A DNA stretch of 32,053 nt, from positions 1-32,053 of the forward strand of contig JBBRNJ010000093.1 of the NCBI GenBank assembly GCA_038230375.1, given 5' to 3'. Shown here one piece after another: positions 9,243 to 16,248 of the stretch (position 1 is the stretch's first letter; each line of letters starts with the position of its first letter). Source of the DNA: Polyangiales bacterium (GTDB taxonomy: Bacteria; Myxococcota_A; Polyangia; Polyangiales; Polyangiaceae). Below the pieces are notes generated by a model. It ran no database searches. It was not told the DNA's origin and worked only from the letters and a program-made list of their open reading frames with translations. Position numbers and translations under genes: made by a program.

Positions 9243-9282
9243 GCACGCGACGAACGCCGGGTCTGGCCGTACACTGAACCGG

Positions 9283-10584
9283 ATGCGCCCGTCCCTTGGC
9301 TTCGCCTTGCTCCTGTCTGGCACGTACTGTCTGCTCTCCGCATGCGGCGGCGCGGTCAGGGCAGACGCCCAGGACGACGACGCGGGGGTGCACGACGGAG
9401 GTCTGCCCAAGCTCTCGGACTCCGGCGTCGCCGCGGATGGGCCGCAGAAGCCGAACCCGCCAAGCAACATCTTTCCCGCGCCGCATGGCCCGCTGCCGCC
9501 CGTCACGTACAACGGCGGCCGGCTGCTGCTGAACCCCAAGGTCGTCACCGTCACGTTCGACGGCGACGCGCAGCGCACCCTGGTGGAGGACTTCGGCGAC
9601 AAGATCACGGCGACGGCGTGGTGGGACGCCGTGTCCAGCGAGTACTGCGACGCCAGCGGCAAGTGCATCGGCCACGGGACCGGCGGTGTCTACGCCCACA
9701 TCGCCACCGCGCCCGCGAGCAACTACACGGACTCATCCCAGGGCGGCGCGACCTCGCTGCAGACGTACATCGATGCGCGCATCCAGGACGGCACCATTCC
9801 GCCGCCAGGGGTGGACACTCTCTACATGATCTACATGCCCAGCTCGACGACCATCAGCCTCGACGGCTCGCAGAGCTGCAAGGCGTTCGGCGCCTATCAC
9901 AACGCGATGAGCTCCACCCCGCCGGGAGGAGCGGCGCCGGTGCAGTTCGCGTACGCGATCATGCCACGCTGCTCCAACTCGAAGGGCGAGCTCACGTTCT
10001 CCGCGAGCCACGAGATCATCGAGGCCGCGACCGATCCGTACCTGGCGCCCAATGCCTCGAGCTACGACGGTTTCGGCTCCGACTCCGATGCGTGGGATCT
10101 CGTCGGCGGCGGCGGCGAGGTAGGCGATCGCTGCGTGGACTTCACCGGCATGGGCCAGGACAGCTACCAGGAGAGCGGCTTCCTGGTGCAGCGCTCGTGG
10201 AGCAACGCTGCCGCCAAGGCCAGCCACGATCCATGCGTCCCGGCGCCGTCACCTGCGCAGCAGCCGTACTTCAACCTCGCGCCCAGCGTGAGCGACATGC
10301 TCGTGATGAAGGTAGGCCAGACGAAGACCCTGGAGCTGACCGCGTTCTCCGACGGCCCCACACCTCCGTTCAGTATCGACGTGACCGAAGTCTCCCAGTT
10401 CTTTGGTGGCAGCAACGTCCTCGACCTGAGCCTCGACCAGATCAGCCTTCAAAACGGCCAAAAAACCACGCTCACCATCACGCTCACCTCCGATCCGGGG
10501 CAGGGGGGCCTGGCGGCGTTTCAGGTCACCTCCACCCTCGCGCAAACGGCGCACACGTGGTCCTTCATCGTCAGCACCATGTAG
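9283..10584 (+). CDS. Secreted lipoprotein with a Phi-1/EXORDIUM-like HExxE domain and a C-terminal beta-rich domain
   Basis: Lipobox LLSA-C; motifs YNGGRLL, FGAYHN, SHEIIEAATDP, GEVGDRC and VQRSWSN; several Cys. The ORF extension upstream of 9283 overlaps nadE and was discarded. Confidence 0.75.
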   Translation: MRPSLGFALLLSGTYCLLSACGGAVRADAQDDDAGVHDGGLPKLSDSGVAADGPQKPNPPSNIFPAPHGPLPPVTYNGGRLLLNPKVVTVTFDGDAQRTLVEDFGDKITATAWWDAVSSEYCDASGKCIGHGTGGVYAHIATAPASNYTDSSQGGATSLQTYIDARIQDGTIPPPGVDTLYMIYMPSSTTISLDGSQSCKAFGAYHNAMSSTPPGGAAPVQFAYAIMPRCSNSKGELTFSASHEIIEAATDPYLAPNASSYDGFGSDSDAWDLVGGGGEVGDRCVDFTGMGQDSYQESGFLVQRSWSNAAAKASHDPCVPAPSPAQQPYFNLAPSVSDMLVMKVGQTKTLELTAFSDGPTPPFSIDVTEVSQFFGGSNVLDLSLDQISLQNGQKTTLTITLTSDPGQGGLAAFQVTSTLAQTAHTWSFIVSTM

Positions 10585-10658
10585 GGGCTCCCCGACCGCC
10601 CCCAACCCGTGATAGTCGTGGCTGCAACGTGACGGACGACGCCGCCCTCATAGGTATC

Positions 10659-11783
10659 GTGAACAAGGTGAGCCCCACTCCTCACCTCCTGCCCCGCCCG
10701 CGGTTCGATCCCCCCGGTGCATTCTCGCGCGAGCTCGAGGCGGAGGCGACTGCGTACTTCGAGGGCAGCGGCCGCTCACGACGCGACCTCCCGCGCATGT
10801 ACCTCAAGGGCGTCGTGATGTTCACGTGGTGGGTGACCTCGTGGGTGCTCCTGGTCTTCTTCGCGAAGAATGGCTTCACCGCCACCGCGGCGGCGATCTC
10901 GCTGGGGTTGTCGATTGCCGGCATCGGCATGAGCGTCCAGCACGACGGCAACCACGGCGCGGCGTCCAGGCGCGGCTGGGTGAATCGCGTGTTCGGCTGC
11001 GGACTGGACGTGATGGGCGTCTGCTCGTTCATCTGGCGGCAGAAGCACAACACCTGCCACCACACGTTCACCAACGTGCAGGGCATCGACTACGACCTGG
11101 ACTTCGGGATCCTCGGGCGGCTCTCACCGGAGCAGCGGCACCTGCCGTGGCATCGCTTCCAGCACATCTACCTGTGGTTCTTCTATGGGTTCCTGCTTCC
11201 GAAGTGGGTCTTCCATGACGACTTCGTGGTCCTGAAGACCGGCTACATCGGCACGCATGCGCTCATCAAGCCCACGCCTGGCAAGCTCGTCGCGTTCTTC
11301 GGGTGGAAGGTGTTCTTCATCGGCTGGGCCATCGTCATCCCGGCCATGTACCACCCGCTCTGGCAGGTGGTCGTGTTCCACCTGGTCGCGTGCTTCGCGC
11401 TCGGCCTCACGCTCGGCACTGTCTTCCAGCTTGCGCACTGCACCACCGCGGTGGAGTTCCCGGAGCTCCCCGAGAAGGGGCGCCTGCCCGAGTGGACCGC
11501 GCACCAGCTCGCGACCACGGTCGACTTCGCGCCGAACAGCCGCCTCATCACGTGGTTCGTCGGTGGGCTGAACTACCAGTCCGTTCACCACCTGTTCCCG
11601 AAGGTGTCACACCTCCACTATCCGGCGCTCTCGCGCATCGTGGAGCGCGTGGCGCTCGCGCACGGCCTTCGCTACCGCAGTCAGCCCACGCTCTGGGGCG
11701 CGCTCGTCACGCACGTCGCGCACCTACACAAGTACGGCAAGAAGCCAGCGGTAGCCCAGTCCAACGACGCCGTCGCCGCCTGA
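10659..11783 (+). CDS. Membrane fatty-acid (acyl-CoA) desaturase
   Basis: Three His boxes (HDGNH, HNTCHH, QSVHHLFP), GGLNYQ and TM segments; no cytochrome b5 domain. The start is uncertain (GTG 10629, 10659 or 10668). Confidence 0.92.
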   Translation: MNKVSPTPHLLPRPRFDPPGAFSRELEAEATAYFEGSGRSRRDLPRMYLKGVVMFTWWVTSWVLLVFFAKNGFTATAAAISLGLSIAGIGMSVQHDGNHGAASRRGWVNRVFGCGLDVMGVCSFIWRQKHNTCHHTFTNVQGIDYDLDFGILGRLSPEQRHLPWHRFQHIYLWFFYGFLLPKWVFHDDFVVLKTGYIGTHALIKPTPGKLVAFFGWKVFFIGWAIVIPAMYHPLWQVVVFHLVACFALGLTLGTVFQLAHCTTAVEFPELPEKGRLPEWTAHQLATTVDFAPNSRLITWFVGGLNYQSVHHLFPKVSHLHYPALSRIVERVALAHGLRYRSQPTLWGALVTHVAHLHKYGKKPAVAQSNDAVAA

Positions 11784-11815
11784 AGTGAGAAGCCGTCAGG
11801 TCTTCTAAGAGCCTT

Positions 11816-12919
11816 CTACGAGCCGGCGCTGGTCTCGCCGCCTTTGGTGAACGAGGCCACGAGCGCGAGCGGTGCCCATAGCGGGAAGAGCAGCGGGATC
11901 GTACGCGCGACCATCGCGAAGGCACGCACGCCCGTCGCGCGCGTTCCGTCTCTGCGGATCACCACGAACGAGCGGCTCTTCTTCAGATCGTCTGGCTCCC
12001 ACGCCTTCACCTCGAAGCGCGCGAACCAGTCCAGCGCCTTCACGGCCTTCCCGAACGTGCGGCCCTTCCAGCGCGTGGGGTCGTACATGAGGCGTCGCGC
12101 GCGGACGTCTGGCGTGACGAACGTCCCGTACATCGTGAGCATCAGCCACGTGTAGATCTCCACCTTCGCCGTGATCTCGATCGTGAAGTGGAACATCACG
12201 CCCCACCACAGCGCGAACGCCCGCGTGCGCTTCGAGAACAGCCCGATCGCGAGCAAGAGCTCCGTGGTGATGGCGAGCTTGGAGAGCCCGCTGGAGACGT
12301 CGGGTCGTCCAAGGAACTCCATGACGAAGGCCGGGACACCACGCTCCATCGCCATCGCGCCGAAGCGATGGAACCTGTCGGCCAGCACCAACCCACCGCG
12401 CCAGTCCGGGTCCAGCAGCTTGGAGCCGCCGGAAGCGACGTAGATGATGGCGATCTGAATCTGTGTAAGATACACGGACCAGAACGGGGCCACGCGCGCC
12501 GCCTCCGGGGTCGGGCCCTCTGGCGAGACGAGCGAGAAGGAGCGGTCGCAGGGCGCGAGCGACATCAGCATCGCGAACAGCGCCAGGGAATAACGGTTGT
12601 GGTGAAACTGTAGACGGTCACAGAGCAGCACGTAGAGGAGCAGCGCGCCGGACACGAACAGCGCCGGCCTTCCGCGATGACCAATGACCACGAGCACCGA
12701 GGCGATCAGACGCGCAGCGATGATCACCGCGTAGAGCTTGCCGGACGCGACCCATGCCTCCGGGATGAATGGCATGTGGAAGACGTCGCCGAAGTAGCCA
12801 AGCGTCCCGAGCTCGCGCGCGCTCACGAGCGCCTGCGACAGCAGCAGGAAGCCGAGCGCCACGCGCACGACGCCGAGCGCCGTACCATCTCGCTGGGCTC
12901 TTGCGAGGCGCATCAGCAT
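11816..12919 (-). CDS. HTTM-domain (vitamin-K-dependent carboxylase-like) membrane protein with a C-terminal degenerate DCC1-like domain
   Basis: LGVVRVALG, FHHNRY, SLAPC, QIAIIYVASGGSKLLDPDWRGG, TELLL and GVMFHFTI. The C-terminus LMYDP...ALDWFARF...VVIRRDG..TGVRAF resembles DUF393/DCC1. Confidence 0.85.
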   Translation of the reverse strand: MLMRLARAQRDGTALGVVRVALGFLLLSQALVSARELGTLGYFGDVFHMPFIPEAWVASGKLYAVIIAARLIASVLVVIGHRGRPALFVSGALLLYVLLCDRLQFHHNRYSLALFAMLMSLAPCDRSFSLVSPEGPTPEAARVAPFWSVYLTQIQIAIIYVASGGSKLLDPDWRGGLVLADRFHRFGAMAMERGVPAFVMEFLGRPDVSSGLSKLAITTELLLAIGLFSKRTRAFALWWGVMFHFTIEITAKVEIYTWLMLTMYGTFVTPDVRARRLMYDPTRWKGRTFGKAVKALDWFARFEVKAWEPDDLKKSRSFVVIRRDGTRATGVRAFAMVARTIPLLFPLWAPLALVASFTKGGETSAGS

Positions 12920-12925
12920 CCTGCG

Positions 12926-13438
12926 TCAGGGCCTCCGCGCGCTCTGGAGGTGGACGACCTCGGGCTCGCGCCCGTTGTGGCGGATGGTCACGTCAAGCAG
13001 GAGGCGCACCGTCTCTCGGTCGTCGGGGGTGTGCGCGGCCACGTCGTCGAGCGCGGCGGTCAGGCGCGAGAGCTGCGCACGGGCGCTGTACGAGGCGTGA
13101 AAGGTGACGTCGAACGCGCCGAGCTCCGGCCGCTTCACGCGGTCTCGCCAGGAGACATGCCGCAACACCCCCTGGCTGTCCTTCGCGCTCCACTCTCCGT
13201 CCGGCACGGGCACCACCACCACATCGTCCGCCGCCGGCCCGCTGCGGACCTCCCGCGAGAGCGAATAGGAGATGGTCGACGACTCACTGAACATCCGGAA
13301 ACCAAAGGCGGCTTCGGGGCGGCTGCCCGCCGTGATCACGAGCGTTGCCTGGACCACGACGAAGGCGGCCGAGAACGCGATCCGCGCCCACGCACGAGCA
13401 GATCCAGGCGAGGTGAGGTCGATGACGGCCACGGCCAC
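12926..13438 (-). CDS. HTTM partner protein resembling the extracytoplasmic domain of vitamin-K-dependent carboxylases
   Basis: One TM helix, then FGFRMFS, and near the end LLLDVTIRHNGREP. It ends 6 bp before the HTTM gene on the same strand. Confidence 0.7.
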   Translation of the reverse strand: MAVAVIDLTSPGSARAWARIAFSAAFVVVQATLVITAGSRPEAAFGFRMFSESSTISYSLSREVRSGPAADDVVVVPVPDGEWSAKDSQGVLRHVSWRDRVKRPELGAFDVTFHASYSARAQLSRLTAALDDVAAHTPDDRETVRLLLDVTIRHNGREPEVVHLQSARRP

Positions 13439-13516
13439 GGCAGCCTAAACCCCACCGGCACCGAAACAAACTTTCGCGAGGCCAGGTCGCCGTGCAATGC
13501 TCCCCATGGATTCCCA

Positions 13517-14854
13517 GTGGCTCGCGCGGCACTCCTCCTTGCACTAGCGACGCTCTCCGCATGCGGGGAAGCGGTCGCCCAACCCAAGCCCGCTCAGAAG
13601 GACGTGGCGAGCGCGCCTGCGATCTGGCGCGCGCCCCCGACCGCAGAGGAGCTTGCCACGGAGCCCGTGAGGGTGGTGCCCGTAGCCGCACCCGCAGAGC
13701 CGCAGACCGCGGGCGCACTGGACAACGCAAAAGCGCTGCACCGCTTCTTCGAGAAGCTCGAGCGCCTGGAGAGCGGCGAAGAGAAGGACGACGTCCGCAT
13801 CATCCAGTACGGCGACTCACACACGCTCGCGGATCTGGGCACCAGCGCCGCCCGCAAGACCTTGCAGTCGCGTTTCGGGGACGGTGGCCGCGGCTTCGTC
13901 GCCATTGGCAAGCCGTTCAAGTACTGGGTGCAGGACGGCGTGCGCAATGGCATGTCGAACGACTGGAGCACCGAGCGCGGCCGCTACGACAAGGGCCATT
14001 TCGTGGGCGATGGGCTCTACGGCCTGGGTGGCGCTGCACTGATCACGGACCGGCGTGGTGCGCGCGCGTGGGTGGAGACCAAGTCGCCCGTGTCGCAGAT
14101 CGATCTCGCGTACCTCGCGCAGCCGCGCGGCGGCTCGATCGACGTGCTGGTCGACGGCGCGAAGGTCGCGCACGTGTCCACCTCTTCGAAGAGCCAGAAG
14201 CCAGAGAGCGCGTTCCACACCGTGGACGTGCCGGAGGGAACGCACAACGTCGAGGTACGGACCAACGGTGATGGCGGCGTGCGCCTCTTCGGCGTGGGCC
14301 TTGGCCGGCAGCAGACAGGCGTGGTCTACGACGCCATCGGCATCAACGGCGTGCGCGCCTCCGTTGCTCTCCAGTGGAGCGAGCCTCACATGAGCGAGCA
14401 GCTCCGGCATCGCGCTCCCGACCTGGTCATCCTGGCCTATGGCACCAACGAGTCCACCGACGACACCAGCAACGAGACGTACGAGCGGCAGCTGGTGGAC
14501 GTGCTCGGGCGCATTGCGCGCGCCGTGCCCACTGCGTCGTGTCTGATGCTGGGCCCGCCGGACCGCGCCATCGACTCCACGGTCGGCTACATCACGGCGC
14601 CGCGCATCCTGGAGGTGATCGCCGTGCAGCGTCGCGTGGCAGAGGCCGCGGGATGTGCATACTACAGCCAGTTTGACGCGATGGGCGGCGACGGCTCCAT
14701 GGCCACCTGGGCGCTCGAGGACCCGCCGCGCGCGCAGCGTGATCGCGTTCACCTGACGCGTGAAGGATACACGCAACTCGGCACTGCCTTCGCGAGTGAC
14801 GTGCTGCGCGCCTACGGCGGGTTCCGCGCGGCAAAGACCGCTGCGGTACAGTAG
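13517..14854 (+). CDS. SGNH/GDSL hydrolase lipoprotein (PatB/Ape1-like peptidoglycan O-acetyl enzyme family)
   Basis: Lipobox LSA-C; blocks GDSH, GING, YGTNE and DRVH; LQSRFGDGGRGF; an inserted beta domain. GTG 13517 is the probable start. Confidence 0.88.
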   Translation: MARAALLLALATLSACGEAVAQPKPAQKDVASAPAIWRAPPTAEELATEPVRVVPVAAPAEPQTAGALDNAKALHRFFEKLERLESGEEKDDVRIIQYGDSHTLADLGTSAARKTLQSRFGDGGRGFVAIGKPFKYWVQDGVRNGMSNDWSTERGRYDKGHFVGDGLYGLGGAALITDRRGARAWVETKSPVSQIDLAYLAQPRGGSIDVLVDGAKVAHVSTSSKSQKPESAFHTVDVPEGTHNVEVRTNGDGGVRLFGVGLGRQQTGVVYDAIGINGVRASVALQWSEPHMSEQLRHRAPDLVILAYGTNESTDDTSNETYERQLVDVLGRIARAVPTASCLMLGPPDRAIDSTVGYITAPRILEVIAVQRRVAEAAGCAYYSQFDAMGGDGSMATWALEDPPRAQRDRVHLTREGYTQLGTAFASDVLRAYGGFRAAKTAAVQ

Positions 14855-15796
14855 ATGCAGCCGGCGAATCCGTACGCGCCGCAGGTAGCACCCGCAGGCG
14901 TCTTGCGGCGCAACAACCCATACCTGCCGCAGAACCTGATGAAGAGGACGCGGCCGCTCCTCCAGCTCCTCTACCTGTTCATCTTCGGTCCCGCGCTCGT
15001 CATCACGTTCGCAGCCATGCTCGACGTGTCGCCGGTGTTCGGCGTGTTGCTTGCGGTGGCCGTGCTGGCGAACGTGGGCGTGCTGCTCCTCACCATGATC
15101 CCGATCCTGATCTCCATGGGCAGTCTGCGCGGCAAGTACCCAGACGCGATCCTGGGCAACGCGCAGGCCGTGCTTCCTGGCGCGCACTCCGCGCTGCGCT
15201 GGATCTTCCGCGGCGACATGCGGCTCTCTGCCTACTATCTGATCGGCCTCGTCGCAGAGGCGCGCGGTGACTTCGCCGATGCCGCGGAGGCGTTCCAGTG
15301 TGCGCTGCGCGCGATGCCGATGGGCAACCTGGCGGTCACGCGTCGTCGCGTGTGCGGGCTTTGCGCAAGTCATCTCGCGTTCTGCCTGTCCGGCGCGGGA
15401 AGGCCGCAGGAGGCGGCTCACGCGCTCATGCAGGCGCAGCAGTACTTGATGCTGGGGCCTGGCGCGTTCGATTTCATGGAGCCCCTGAACGCAGGCTTCA
15501 CCACGCTCGGCTCCGTGGAGCCCGGGCGCGATCCACGCGCGATGGCGGCGCTTGCCGGTGTCACCACGGCGTACGCGAACGGCGCGCACCGCGATGCGCT
15601 CGACATCATCACCCGTGAAGGTCAGGCGCTCAGCTATGGCGTGTTGCCGCGCGAACGCGCGGTGGTCATGGCGCTCGAGCGGAAGACCCGTGCCCTCCTC
15701 GACGGCGCGGGAGCCATGCGTGGCGCGGCAGAGCTCGCGGCTGCGCCCGGCAACAATGACGAAGCGTGGGCGGAGCGCTATCTTTCTCGGCCATGA
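14855..15796 (+). CDS. Hypothetical membrane protein (two TM helices plus a TPR-like helical region)
   Basis: It abuts the upstream stop (TAG-ATG) and overlaps the msrB start. Two N-terminal hydrophobic helices are followed by TPR-like YYLIGLVAEARGDFADAAEAFQCAL. Confidence 0.7.
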   Translation: MQPANPYAPQVAPAGVLRRNNPYLPQNLMKRTRPLLQLLYLFIFGPALVITFAAMLDVSPVFGVLLAVAVLANVGVLLLTMIPILISMGSLRGKYPDAILGNAQAVLPGAHSALRWIFRGDMRLSAYYLIGLVAEARGDFADAAEAFQCALRAMPMGNLAVTRRRVCGLCASHLAFCLSGAGRPQEAAHALMQAQQYLMLGPGAFDFMEPLNAGFTTLGSVEPGRDPRAMAALAGVTTAYANGAHRDALDIITREGQALSYGVLPRERAVVMALERKTRALLDGAGAMRGAAELAAAPGNNDEAWAERYLSRP

Positions 15797-16233
15797 GCGA
15801 CCCCAAGTTCGACCTGACCCCTCTCTCCAAGGACCGCGTGCAGGCGCTCGCGGCCGGGCTCACGGCGGATGAGCGCCACGTGCTGCTCGATCACGGTACC
15901 GAGGGCGCGTTCTGCGGCGGCCTCCTCGACAACAAGAAGTCTGGGACCTACGTGTGCCGCCTGTGCGGGCTGCCGCTGTTCGTCTCCACCACCAAGTTCG
16001 AGTCAGGCACTGGCTGGCCCAGCTTCAATGCGCCGTACGACCGCTCGCACATCCGCTACATCGAGGATCGCAGCCACGGCATGGCCCGCGTCGAGATCCG
16101 CTGCGCGCGCTGCGACGGCCACCTTGGCCACGTCTTCCCCGACGGACCAAAGCCCAAGGGTGAGCGCTACTGCCTGAACTCGGTGTCGATGGACTTCCTG
16201 GACGAAGGCGTCGAACCCACGCTGCGCATCTGA
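15793..16233 (+). CDS. msrB: Peptide-methionine (R)-S-oxide reductase
   Basis: GTE, CRLC and CARC Zn ligands, KFESGTGWPSF, HLGHVFPDGP and RYCLNS. Confidence 0.96.
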   Translation: MSDPKFDLTPLSKDRVQALAAGLTADERHVLLDHGTEGAFCGGLLDNKKSGTYVCRLCGLPLFVSTTKFESGTGWPSFNAPYDRSHIRYIEDRSHGMARVEIRCARCDGHLGHVFPDGPKPKGERYCLNSVSMDFLDEGVEPTLRI

Positions 16234-16248
16234 GGAGCCCGCGAACTT

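Noticed and set aside
5860..9668. Long minus-strand ORFs 5860-7335 and 7182-9668
   Set aside because: Antisense shadows of pncB and nadE.
9342..10658. N-terminal ~440 aa of the 813-aa ORF, suggesting a large desaturase fusion
   Set aside because: It is an off-frame read-through of the 9283-10584 lipoprotein gene with Arg-rich nonsense composition; the desaturase begins near 10630-10670.
12677..13516. N-terminal extension of the SGNH ORF (725 aa)
   Set aside because: It overlaps the HTTM pair on the opposite strand; the real signal peptide and lipobox start at about 13517.
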